The notes under the pieces are model-generated. The model was not told the origin of the DNA. It saw only the letters and a program-made list of their open reading frames with translations, and made no database searches. Below are positions 36,570 through 45,741 of a stretch of 64,000 nucleotides of DNA, in pieces (position 1 is the stretch's first letter; each line of letters opens with the position of its first letter). This DNA comes from a virus (taxonomy: Duplodnaviria > Heunggongvirae > Uroviricota > Caudoviricetes): the IMG/VR virus record IMGVR_UViG_3300025735_000005. One strand, written 5' to 3'. The position numbers and the translations under genes are program-made.

Positions 36570-37100
36570 CTATAGTAGACTTTTCAAATCGACAGTACCG
36601 CGATACTCTAGAGGGATCTGATCCCAGACCATACTGAACAGCGCTCGATTGCCACGTGTAAGCACAGCCATCAGTTGTACTTTTTCAGGAAAGTAAACCC
36701 TGCTGAAACCGGGGTCACGTCCGACGATCGTGCGCGTATTGCTGTAGAGGTCTGCTAGCTTGATGGTATGAACTTCATCTTGAGCAGCGCCCAGACGATC
36801 CCTTGACAAAGCTTTACGAGTTGCTCGGTTACCCTTCTCCATATCCGAAAGCGCCATAACATATGACGTCACAACAGGACCAAATACAACCCTAAGCTCA
36901 GCTTCAGTCACATTGCAATCTTCAACAACATCGTGGAGGAGAGCCGCCTGCTGCATTTCTACAGAGCCGCCGAAGTTGCGCACCAGCATCATCACTTCAA
37001 TAGGGTGCACAATATAGGGTTCGCCCGTGTACTTGCGCTCCTGATCAACGGCGCAATGCGCAGCAGTGGCGTAAACAAGAGCACGATTAACTTCATTCAT
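36570..37100 (-). CDS. HD-domain phosphohydrolase, SpoT/Mesh1-like (p)ppGpp-hydrolase family
   Basis: Track ORF 36570..37226 in a frame overlapping the upstream gene; likely start at internal ATG (MNEVNRALVYATAAH...). Motifs YIVHPIEVMMLV and AALLHDVVED match the HD signature of RelA/SpoT hydrolase domains. Confidence 0.6.
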   Translation of the reverse strand: MNEVNRALVYATAAHCAVDQERKYTGEPYIVHPIEVMMLVRNFGGSVEMQQAALLHDVVEDCNVTEAELRVVFGPVVTSYVMALSDMEKGNRATRKALSRDRLGAAQDEVHTIKLADLYSNTRTIVGRDPGFSRVYFPEKVQLMAVLTRGNRALFSMVWDQIPLEYRGTVDLKSLL

Positions 37101-37887
37101 AATTAGTTTCCTTACAATACGCCGAATTCGTCGTGGACTTGTTTGCCTTAGTGAGAAAGTACCGCTTAGCGATATCCGAAATAGGTTTACCCAAATCTTT
37201 ATGAGTAAACCCACTTGCGGCAACACGATCAGACTCTTCTTTCATAACGTCTGCAAACACCCAACGAAGGTAGTGTCCGATATTACGCAGCTCAAACGCA
37301 TGCTCTTGCAAGAATATCTGCAAACCCTGCTCAAGCCGATTTTCAGTAACGATCGCAGCGATCAAATCATCCTTGCGCGCAATAGCTTCTACGTCAACTT
37401 CAACAAGTTTACTTACCTTTGAGACGCTGTGCTTTTCGCCTTTTACCTTAAACCAGTATCTGCTATCTGAATACTCAGTATCGACGGGCTTCCATACAAT
37501 ACCTTCGCCAATTCCACTAACATCAGCTAGCTGTTTAGCGACAGGGCATTCCGCTTCTACAGCGGAGGTATATTCTACCAGCCTGTTTTGCACAAGTTCG
37601 GGCTGATTGAAATCAATTTCAACCATCCAATTTGGAAAATCATGAATACAATAAATATTATAATCACTAAATGCAATTAGACGTAGGTTCCTAATATCTA
37701 ACCATTCGTCGCCAGCGCGTACTGCAAACACCACAAAGTGTTTAGCGGAAAGATGGTTAATACCGACGCCTCTTTGAATGCCAGGTCCGCACCATTCGCC
37801 AAAAAGAGTGTATTGCTTAGACTTGCTGTATATACTATGCACCAAGTCGAATACTGCAGGTAGGACGCTGGTCTCTAGAGTACTCAT
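37093..37887 (-). CDS. RNA ligase (Rnl2-like), C-terminal portion as annotated; motif I lies upstream of the ATG
   Basis: Motif IV EGIVWKP and motif V WFKVKGEKH in the 264-aa ORF; the same frame continues upstream to 38097 and encodes motif I GTVKLHGTNAG (cf T4 Rnl2 EKIHGTNF) without any in-frame ATG/GTG/TTG. Confidence 0.55.
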   Translation of the reverse strand: MSTLETSVLPAVFDLVHSIYSKSKQYTLFGEWCGPGIQRGVGINHLSAKHFVVFAVRAGDEWLDIRNLRLIAFSDYNIYCIHDFPNWMVEIDFNQPELVQNRLVEYTSAVEAECPVAKQLADVSGIGEGIVWKPVDTEYSDSRYWFKVKGEKHSVSKVSKLVEVDVEAIARKDDLIAAIVTENRLEQGLQIFLQEHAFELRNIGHYLRWVFADVMKEESDRVAASGFTHKDLGKPISDIAKRYFLTKANKSTTNSAYCKETNYE

Positions 37888-38104
37888 ATACGCGCAAAAG
37901 CCAGCATTATCTTGCGATTGAGTAATAACTCGATTTCGCGAAAGGTAGGTGTATGTGGAGCCCTGATGAATACCGGCGTTTGTACCATGTAGCTTTACTG
38001 TCCCATTAAACCAAAGCTTTGGTACAGGTTGCTCTTTGAAAGTACAATGATCACGAATGGCCCTAACTACATGCCGGTATTGTTCAATAGATGGAACTTA
38101 TTCA

Positions 38105-38770
38105 TTACCAACCTTCCATGGGAAACTCGAGATAGACCTGCGTTTGCGCCCTAAGTTCATTTGTAATAGTTTTGACCCTATCAGTGTCGCGGCTGACACG
38201 ACCGAACCAACGCCAACCAGAACCAACAGCTTTTGTACCGCTATGAAATGTTTGCCAGTCAAATTCAATTAATTGGCGATCTGGAGCTTCCCATTGTGCT
38301 AGCTTGTTTTCCTCTAGCATCTGCTTAATGCGAGTATCCCAGTCACGATATATCAACCCATTGACTTTAGGCAATTCACATTCACCCAAGGCAAATGAAG
38401 TAGGAGCTAAATGCGCATTAACCAACCCCATAATATGCCTGCTGTGGTAGGCAGGTGTATCGTAATCAGGTTGACCAGCTGTGAGAAAATGCTGGCCTAC
38501 CGGAATAGGCGGGCGTGGAACGTCATCGTGGTGATACCCTGGAATCCCAGGATACCATCCAGACATAAGCATATGAACCCTGCTATCAAATACACACGGC
38601 ACTGATAGCCAATCTTGAGGCATAGATGAGATAAAAGAGCGCGTAATAGGACCGCCCTTTTCATACGCAAATTCAAGATCTGAATTGAAGAACATAGGTT
38701 CATTCTTCACATCATCACAATATTTTGCAAAAGAATTAAGTAGATATGCACGACTGTTGAAGCTGTACAT
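38105..38770 (-). CDS. hypothetical protein (weak HxD...H 2OG-oxygenase-like pattern)
   Basis: 221 aa; YHHDD...H spacing reminiscent of Fe/2OG oxygenases but not diagnostic. Confidence 0.25.
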   Translation of the reverse strand: MYSFNSRAYLLNSFAKYCDDVKNEPMFFNSDLEFAYEKGGPITRSFISSMPQDWLSVPCVFDSRVHMLMSGWYPGIPGYHHDDVPRPPIPVGQHFLTAGQPDYDTPAYHSRHIMGLVNAHLAPTSFALGECELPKVNGLIYRDWDTRIKQMLEENKLAQWEAPDRQLIEFDWQTFHSGTKAVGSGWRWFGRVSRDTDRVKTITNELRAQTQVYLEFPMEGW

Positions 38771-39131
38771 CTATATTCTCCGTGAAATTTATACCCACTC
38801 TGTTTTTAAATAAACTTGCAATACTTTGCTGTTTTGCTAAGTATAAATCGTATAAACTTAATTCACTCTTAATGTACGATTTCGGAAGATTAAATATAAC
38901 CTGCCGATATCTTACTTTAATATCAACAGCCTCAAATATACTGACTACAAAGGAGTCATCATAAAGATTTTCTAGTATTTTGATAGGAAATACATAAAAG
39001 AGATCTTCTAATGACGCAAATCCGCAGAATTCTGCATCGTAATCAATGATACCTAAATCAGGTGAAATCAAATCGCCAGGATAGGTCACCCCATGAGATC
39101 TGGAAAGGTTTTGCAAGATTACGTGGCCCAT
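38736..39131 (-). CDS. hypothetical protein
   Basis: 131-aa ORF. Confidence 0.3.
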   Translation of the reverse strand: MGHVILQNLSRSHGVTYPGDLISPDLGIIDYDAEFCGFASLEDLFYVFPIKILENLYDDSFVVSIFEAVDIKVRYRQVIFNLPKSYIKSELSLYDLYLAKQQSIASLFKNRVGINFTENIDVQLQQSCIST

Positions 39132-39197
39132 ATCACGTCCTCGTCAGGGGCCACGATCTGCATGTCCTTTAAGATGTATTCTATATACCTCGGACAT

Positions 39198-40559
39198 TTA
39201 GAAATCCTTTGCACGATTGCGGACTTCATCGAAAGTATGCTTAACAAGCAGTTCGCCATCTCGCCACACAGGCTGCATGAGATCAACAGCATGATGCGAG
39301 AGATGATCAGTGCGAATAGCACGATATTGACCGTCGTATTCGATAACAGATTGGCGGCCAGCCTTGCTTGCCTTTTGGATGCTGCCAGTAGGCGTCTTCT
39401 GAACATCCCGCCAGCCATCGCCGTAATTAACAGCATTCATCTTCATGGCAAAGCTGAGTGTATCGCGATCGACTTTCTGAAGAAGACCACCGCCCATGCC
39501 AAATACGATATTATCCAGCGAGAAGCCGGCATGAATGATATTGCGGATAAGTTCCTCAATAGAATCCTCATTCATACCATCGCCTTGAATAACACGTACG
39601 TGCGAGTCCAGAACACGGTATCCCTTACTGTTTACAGTACCACCAAAAGCTTCCCACAACTTGTGCATGATATCGATCGATACCGTCGTAGGGTTGCCGC
39701 TATCAGGCCGAACAACAAGAGTGCCATTGCGTTCAAGAATCTCTTCCTTGAGACTATAGCACCAAGCCTTACGTACGGCACGTTCCAGGTCATAGCTATC
39801 CGAAACGATCGATACAAGACCATCAGGAAAACTCTTGAGAATGTGATGATACGCATTGTATTCGCGTTCACGTCCCCAGCTAGTAATAGTGCTGTGCTCG
39901 GCCGCAGGGATATTGAAGCCGGGCATACCAGCCTTGTAATAGTGCTGCGCATGGAGAATGCCAGCGAGGGTATCCGTGCTGCTGAAATTTAGCAAATGCG
40001 CCATGCCACCCAGAGCAGCGCTTTCCCGGCTGCTGGCACCACGAGCACCCATATCGTGCAGTTTGAATTCGATCTGGCCGTCAGGGTCATCACTGCTGAT
40101 CAACAGACCGCGATAAATGATCTTACGGCATTTTGCCGACAGCGTAGCAACCGTAGAAGGATACCATGTTGTGCGCGTCAAATCCGTGTCGATGAAGTTA
40201 GGCAGCCACGGGAAGCGTGGATCTGTGTTGACAACCTCAAATAGCGGTGTACCACAAGGAACTGCAATCCCTTCAGGCAAGGCGCGGATTTCCAGTGGTA
40301 GATAGCCCAGATTTTCCAGATCACGAAAGCCCTTATCATTAAAAGGGATGCCGTGGGCCGCGAGCACATCTGCGCATTCTTCGATCATATCAAGGTCTGG
40401 CGCATCCATACTGTCCATCAACGTAGGTTGCAGACCAAAGAAGATCATGCGATGGCTGAAATTGTTGATGCGTGCCTCGCCGTAGACAGAAGCGTACTTC
40501 ATTTCCGGCGGATACTGCATAAAGTGCGAGTGCTTATAGCTATCAACATCAAAAATCAT
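39198..40559 (-). CDS. nadV: nicotinamide phosphoribosyltransferase (NAMPT/NadV)
   Basis: Start taken at internal ATG (MIFDVDSYKHSHFMQYPP, cf human NAMPT ATDSYKVTHYKQYPP); FGMGGGLLQKVDRDT matches NAMPT GSGGGLLQK block; length ~453 aa. Confidence 0.8.
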   Translation of the reverse strand: MIFDVDSYKHSHFMQYPPEMKYASVYGEARINNFSHRMIFFGLQPTLMDSMDAPDLDMIEECADVLAAHGIPFNDKGFRDLENLGYLPLEIRALPEGIAVPCGTPLFEVVNTDPRFPWLPNFIDTDLTRTTWYPSTVATLSAKCRKIIYRGLLISSDDPDGQIEFKLHDMGARGASSRESAALGGMAHLLNFSSTDTLAGILHAQHYYKAGMPGFNIPAAEHSTITSWGREREYNAYHHILKSFPDGLVSIVSDSYDLERAVRKAWCYSLKEEILERNGTLVVRPDSGNPTTVSIDIMHKLWEAFGGTVNSKGYRVLDSHVRVIQGDGMNEDSIEELIRNIIHAGFSLDNIVFGMGGGLLQKVDRDTLSFAMKMNAVNYGDGWRDVQKTPTGSIQKASKAGRQSVIEYDGQYRAIRTDHLSHHAVDLMQPVWRDGELLVKHTFDEVRNRAKDF

Positions 40560-40560
40560 T

Positions 40561-41544
40561 TCAAAACCCCTTGTAAAAAGCCATGTGGTAGTGGTCTTCA
40601 AAGTATTGTGTTGGATGAACTGCGTGCTCATGCATCCAGCCAGCCCAGGATGCATCATCCTTACCCTGAGGCGCTGGCATGTCTACGTTGTCAGGAATTT
40701 CTATGTAAGCGGCATGAGTGATGATACGCCCTCGCAAGCTGCGTTCAGGATCATCAAAGATATGCCAACCAACAATGTATTGCGGATCGATGAGAAGTCC
40801 TGTCTCTTCCTCGACTTCTCTAAGCATACCTCTTTCGATACGCTCGTCAGGTTCAAGAAATCCTCCTGGCGCTGCATATAGGTTTTTACCTACAGCACCG
40901 CCGCGCTTGATAAGAAGTCTTTTGTCACGCCAGCGGATAATACCATCAACTGTGACAAAAGGACCAGTCCCATATTTAAGGCGATCCTTATCTACACCTT
41001 CCTTATAAGACAAGAGCTCCTTGAATGTATCCGTCATCTTGAAATGCTCAAGGAACGTCAAGGTATTTGGTGTGATGTAGGGAGCAGGGATATGAGGCAG
41101 ACGCCGAAGGTACACCTCACGAACATCGCTGGCGGAAAAGGTGCCGTAACTACTGCTAATCTGAATGCTTTCCCACGATGGAAACATATTCAGATAGTAG
41201 CTGGATTTGTCTTTGCCGTAGCCGGTCAGATAGATTATATCTTCAGGCTTGGAGCAAGAGCTGATGAGATTTTCAACGTTTTGCAGCCAATCCGCGTCGC
41301 TGTACGGGTAGTCATCAAGCGGAAGAACCTCCAACCGACCCAGTGCGTGCTCATAAGCAAAGGCGTTACTGATCAGCGATCGACGTTCTTCATATGTGAA
41401 AGGGTTCTTCGGATCTCGGGCTTTATTTGCAGAGCCAACAAGCACAATCAGCCTATCAACCTTTGAAAGAGCTTCCGAAATGACATGCGCGTGACCGATA
41501 TGCATCGGCTGAAAGCGCCCGATAAAAACGCCTATTTTGCTCAT
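40561..41544 (-). CDS. natV: bifunctional NMN adenylyltransferase / Nudix ADP-ribose pyrophosphatase (NatV/NadM-Nudix)
   Basis: N-terminal GRFQPMHIGH ((H/T)xGH nucleotidyltransferase motif); C-terminal Nudix box GGFLEPDERIERGMLREVEEETG. Confidence 0.8.
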   Translation of the reverse strand: MSKIGVFIGRFQPMHIGHAHVISEALSKVDRLIVLVGSANKARDPKNPFTYEERRSLISNAFAYEHALGRLEVLPLDDYPYSDADWLQNVENLISSCSKPEDIIYLTGYGKDKSSYYLNMFPSWESIQISSSYGTFSASDVREVYLRRLPHIPAPYITPNTLTFLEHFKMTDTFKELLSYKEGVDKDRLKYGTGPFVTVDGIIRWRDKRLLIKRGGAVGKNLYAAPGGFLEPDERIERGMLREVEEETGLLIDPQYIVGWHIFDDPERSLRGRIITHAAYIEIPDNVDMPAPQGKDDASWAGWMHEHAVHPTQYFEDHYHMAFYKGF

Positions 41545-41831
41545 AAAATCTCCGGGATGTGAACCAGCGAATGCATGGTGAATTCGTAGCGGTTGAAAAG
41601 GCTAGCGAGCGTAAATGCTGCATTTGCCTTCTGCGTCTCTTCGGCTGCGTGCGCCTCTGTCATTCGGTAACTCTCGCTGTCATGACCACGTTGATCGGCA
41701 TGAAGAGCGGCCTGCCGTAGTAAACTATTTGCAGAATCACGGTGTTTATCAGCGATACTCCGCAAGGCGCTCACTACGAGTTCTAACTCATTCTCCGTCA
41801 AATCGCGCGATGTCGTCATAAGGTTTTCCAA
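41541..41831 (-). CDS. hypothetical protein
   Basis: 96-aa ORF. Confidence 0.3.
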   Translation of the reverse strand: MENLMTTSRDLTENELELVVSALRSIADKHRDSANSLLRQAALHADQRGHDSESYRMTEAHAAEETQKANAAFTLASLFNRYEFTMHSLVHIPEIL

Positions 41832-42014
41832 TCACGGATGATTATCAACAAAATCAGCCATCAGTATGAAATCCAGGGTGTCTGCACAAATTTTAAACTC
41901 TGCACAAGTTTTTAAATCAGCCTCGTCATCGTCAGCTAGATTCAGATAAAAGGCCACAACTTTATCATAAAAGGCTTCATTAGTCACCGAATATCTCCAA
42001 AAGATGCTCCCCAC
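41832..42014 (-). CDS. hypothetical small acidic protein
   Basis: 60-aa ORF. Confidence 0.25.
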   Translation of the reverse strand: MGSIFWRYSVTNEAFYDKVVAFYLNLADDDEADLKTCAEFKICADTLDFILMADFVDNHP

Positions 42015-42037
42015 CGCTAGGCAGGGAGCTTCCTAGA

Positions 42038-42433
42038 TTACTCTGACAGCTCAGCCAGTTGGCGATCGAGGTCTTCGTCCGTCATCTTGCCGATCCTGTC
42101 GTCTGCGCGCTTGGCCTTTTCATCCAGCAAACGCATGCGATGCGTACGACGATCCATTGCAGCAGCTGCCTGGTTCTTCTCGTTGAGCTTCACCGCAATG
42201 ATATGCTTGACAACTTCAAGACGCAGCTTTGCAATACGCACCGCAGGATCTTCACCTTGCGTAACCAGAGACTCGCCTTCAGAGTCCTTAATGAAGCGAT
42301 TAATCTGGCGTCCGACAGCATCCAGACTGCAAGCACCGGTCAGCGGCAGATCCCAAAGCTGTTCAGTGCTGAGGCTGCCCTTTTGGCTTTCAAAGCGGAA
42401 CTTGCTGCGGGTTGCATTTTCAAAAATGTTCAT
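42038..42433 (-). CDS. hypothetical protein
   Basis: 131-aa ORF. Confidence 0.3.
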   Translation of the reverse strand: MNIFENATRSKFRFESQKGSLSTEQLWDLPLTGACSLDAVGRQINRFIKDSEGESLVTQGEDPAVRIAKLRLEVVKHIIAVKLNEKNQAAAAMDRRTHRMRLLDEKAKRADDRIGKMTDEDLDRQLAELSE

Positions 42434-42441
42434 TGTAAATC

Positions 42442-42720
42442 CTATCTAGCTATGCTAAGGGTTAAGAGAATAAGACTTGTGAATATTACTGTGCCGAAGA
42501 CAATAGCTGTAAATTCATCGGTACCTCGTCCATTCTGAGAGCCACGTGGTCTATATTCCCACCCAGCGCGGTAATAGGTACCGTACTCTCCGTACGAGTA
42601 CCTCACCCTTCTCTCAGCCTTCCCTATAACTACACCATTCATAGTTGGCCTTGGCACAAATACAAAACAATTATGCCAACCGTCTGGTGGAGTTTTTCGC
42701 TTAAAACTGATATTCATCAA
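42442..42720 (-). CDS. small tail-anchored membrane protein
   Basis: 92 aa with C-terminal hydrophobic segment AIVFGTVIFTSLILLTLSI. Confidence 0.3.
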   Translation of the reverse strand: MMNISFKRKTPPDGWHNCFVFVPRPTMNGVVIGKAERRVRYSYGEYGTYYRAGWEYRPRGSQNGRGTDEFTAIVFGTVIFTSLILLTLSIAR

Positions 42721-44693
42721 AACATCAATTCATAGGCGCGGTTGTTGTCGACAATAACGGTAACAGTGTCACCACGTGCCCTTGTGAAACCAACACCTGA
42801 GAGCTGAGTTTCAGAGACTTCACATTTGGTGCGAGCGCCGAGTACTTCAAACACCTTACGATGTTCCTGAAGCTCCGGTCGGAGATCCTCGTTATAGAAA
42901 CCTCGCACAGGATCAGGGTTCTTACAACCCTTCAGCATGAAGAAGAGGTGCTTTGAGCCGAAGCCGCCTGCGCCATCCCAATGATTCGGGGAAAGTAGCA
43001 CAGTCTCTACGTCCACCAGAGTATCAGTAGAAAGGCCCCACTTCGTCGCAGAAGCACTAACAGACGGAAGGTTGGATTCAAATTTTACAGGCCTTCCGTC
43101 CTTCACTGTAACCACGACAGCGTTGACGCGCCCACCATTAGGTACTGCATTATTGTATGTATACGTCGTCACCACGCCTTCGAATTCTACATCGATATTA
43201 AAGCCAACGTCTACACTTTCGCGTCGTGTAAAATTATGTACGCTAAAGCCGTAGACACCGTCTTGCAAGCTGTTAAACGCCATATTCTCGACAGCGTCAC
43301 GTTTATGGCCGCCACCGGCGTTCATATCAACGTCTAGGATACCCATCTTGTTTCGGAAATAGATGTGCTCTCCCGAAGGCGCATAACAATGGAGATCGAG
43401 ATCATCAAAGTTGAACCACGACAACGACACACGGAAGAAAGTATCGGTGCGACCGCCCGCAGCTTTTACACGCTCCTTAACGCTGTCCTTCACATCGCCA
43501 TCGTAGGACCATGAAAAGTCATTCTGCCAATTGAACAGACGTCCGGTGCTTTCATGCTGTGGCGCCGTAATTGACACGAAATTGCCCAAGTGCTTATTGG
43601 TCAACTTCAGCTTCAATGAAGAAGCTTGTGGAAGAATAGTGTTGATGAATTGATCTGGATCAATCTTCTGTGCATGTGCCAAATCCGGAGCCTTCGCGGG
43701 CTTAACATCCAGAGCGAGCAGGTCTTCAATACCACCGCGCATCTTACCTTGCACGGCGTTGTCGACGAAGAGCACATCGTTCACAGACAAATCTTCAACG
43801 GTAGCAAAGCGTCGTTTAATCGACTGCTCCAAACCCAGTGACTCTAGCGTAGCGTTTGCCTGCTGCACCATTTTCGTAGTGATCGGAGCCGACGAACGAC
43901 GGAAGTTGCGAGGAGCCATTACAGCATCGTATGCTCGCAAGCAGGCATCAAGATCAAGTCCTTTGGAAAGATTGATCAAAAGCGTGCCGAAAGCATTGTT
44001 GCGGATCCTTGCAACGGGTGTATCACTTTGGCTCCAGGCGAATGCTTCCTTGTCGGCAGAAGCATCATAAGCCAGTTTGAAATCTCTGAACTTACGGACA
44101 GCGTTTTCGTATTCAGCGCCTCGGTAGAGTTCATTATTATTGATGAGATCGAGCGCTGTATCGAATGCTTCAATCGTCAGCTCACGAAGACCGCGTTCGA
44201 ACACTTGTGCTTTCGTGTTAAAATCGCCTCGCGCTTTATCGGCGTCTTTTGAATAATGCCGCTGAGCGATAACACCATAGAAGTGCGACCATTGCCTATT
44301 TGTATGAGCATCGTAGTTATGACGTTCGCCATACCAATTCTGCTTAGTTCTGTAAACGCTCTTGATTGGCGCTTGCAGGACAAGATCGCTCATTCGTTCA
44401 GCAACAGTCTCGTACGGCTCTGGCAGTGCGCCCAGGCCGCCCCATACTGTCATACGCTCGCCGTTATCATCAAAGGCAATAACGCCGCCCAGATTCTTGA
44501 TAAAGTTTCGGCAGGTATGACAGGTATGCTCGGTCTCTTTGCGATACAGAGGATCTGTTCCGGCAGGAAAGGCTGCCAAGTACTTCGCATACAAGTCGTC
44601 GAGATCAACCACGAAAAGCTCATTTCGCTTCATGACGTCAAAACGAGCGATAACGGCTTTTGCAAACTTATCAAACATGTTAATAATCCTCAC
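42717..44693 (-). CDS. large hypothetical protein (658 aa, GTG start in track; first ATG 44676-44678)
   Basis: Long uninterrupted ORF, no motif I can confidently assign. Confidence 0.5.
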   Translation of the reverse strand: MRIINMFDKFAKAVIARFDVMKRNELFVVDLDDLYAKYLAAFPAGTDPLYRKETEHTCHTCRNFIKNLGGVIAFDDNGERMTVWGGLGALPEPYETVAERMSDLVLQAPIKSVYRTKQNWYGERHNYDAHTNRQWSHFYGVIAQRHYSKDADKARGDFNTKAQVFERGLRELTIEAFDTALDLINNNELYRGAEYENAVRKFRDFKLAYDASADKEAFAWSQSDTPVARIRNNAFGTLLINLSKGLDLDACLRAYDAVMAPRNFRRSSAPITTKMVQQANATLESLGLEQSIKRRFATVEDLSVNDVLFVDNAVQGKMRGGIEDLLALDVKPAKAPDLAHAQKIDPDQFINTILPQASSLKLKLTNKHLGNFVSITAPQHESTGRLFNWQNDFSWSYDGDVKDSVKERVKAAGGRTDTFFRVSLSWFNFDDLDLHCYAPSGEHIYFRNKMGILDVDMNAGGGHKRDAVENMAFNSLQDGVYGFSVHNFTRRESVDVGFNIDVEFEGVVTTYTYNNAVPNGGRVNAVVVTVKDGRPVKFESNLPSVSASATKWGLSTDTLVDVETVLLSPNHWDGAGGFGSKHLFFMLKGCKNPDPVRGFYNEDLRPELQEHRKVFEVLGARTKCEVSETQLSGVGFTRARGDTVTVIVDNNRAYELMF

Positions 44694-44902
44694 TTGAATA
44701 AAGATCTTCGATGATCTGTTGGCGATCAGCGTTTGTCAGTCGCTTTTCAATCCAATTCCACTTATAAGGCTTTCCAGCCACATGCGTGATATACCAATCA
44801 TCTATATAGGATTCGGGGATGCCGACATCTGGTTCAGCAGGTTGCATCGAGTAACAAATTGTTACAGGAAGACCGCCCAGAACAAAGATGTCGGCCTCGC
44901 CC

Positions 44903-45214
44903 TTAGGCAGGAAGACCGCCGAAGATATACCGGAGCAGATCTACCGGGTTAGTGCCCTTTGAGCACGGCAGGCTGATGTACTGCCCTGACTGAAAGAGGT
45001 CAATAGCCCGCTCAGCACCGATCCGCCGATTATATCGATCTTTTGGGTTCAAGAAAGTAACGGCCACATCCATCAGCGTTTGATTGCTCTTTCGCTGAAA
45101 AACCAGGGTGCAGCTTCGTGCATGACCACCGAAGGGTCCGTACAGACCGCTGTTATTAACATGTACAAGAGTAAGGCCGTTTGCTGCAAGCTCAGCTGGA
45201 ATATCACGCTTCAT
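44903..45214 (-). CDS. hypothetical protein
   Basis: 103-aa ORF. Confidence 0.3.
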   Translation of the reverse strand: MKRDIPAELAANGLTLVHVNNSGLYGPFGGHARSCTLVFQRKSNQTLMDVAVTFLNPKDRYNRRIGAERAIDLFQSGQYISLPCSKGTNPVDLLRYIFGGLPA

Positions 45215-45225
45215 GATTGATTTCC

Positions 45226-45726
45226 TTAAAGACGAATGCCACGACGCGAAGGAGCGCCACTGCGACGAGTCTGCGTTACAAGCGCGGGCTTCTCCCTCAA
45301 CTGCTTGTGATCCACAAGTACTGATCGTTGCCGATCACCGGTGAGCCAATGAATTCGTGGTGTAATAAGTACAAAGCAGCAGCCATTGCGAGTGATCAGC
45401 CTCTCAGTGATAACACCAGAGACACCAGTAACAGGGTCTGTAACCTTTTCCCCGAGATCTACTGCAAACGGCAGATCCGGAGCCGGCAAACCTGAAGGCG
45501 CTGTTCGCTCCAAAATCTCGAGCTGAAAGGCATCAAAGCTTTGGAGATCTGGCACCGTATCCAGCTTGTCATCACTGCACTTTGGCTGAATTTGCACTTG
45601 TACAGAGCCATTGCGTAGCTCTGCAAAGCTGTCGATGATGCCTGTAAAACCTGTGAATTGATCACGGACTTTCCATCCGCGCTGCAGAACTTCACCATCG
45701 ATAGTTGGAATAGCAAAATCAGTCAT
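45226..45726 (-). CDS. hypothetical protein
   Basis: 166-aa ORF. Confidence 0.3.
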   Translation of the reverse strand: MTDFAIPTIDGEVLQRGWKVRDQFTGFTGIIDSFAELRNGSVQVQIQPKCSDDKLDTVPDLQSFDAFQLEILERTAPSGLPAPDLPFAVDLGEKVTDPVTGVSGVITERLITRNGCCFVLITPRIHWLTGDRQRSVLVDHKQLREKPALVTQTRRSGAPSRRGIRL

Positions 45727-45741
45727 GTTTATACCTCTTGG

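Noticed and set aside
38105-38770. Fe/2OG oxygenase assignment for the 221-aa protein
   Set aside because: Only a loose HxD...H spacing; no jelly-roll strand pattern I can verify by eye, so left as hypothetical.
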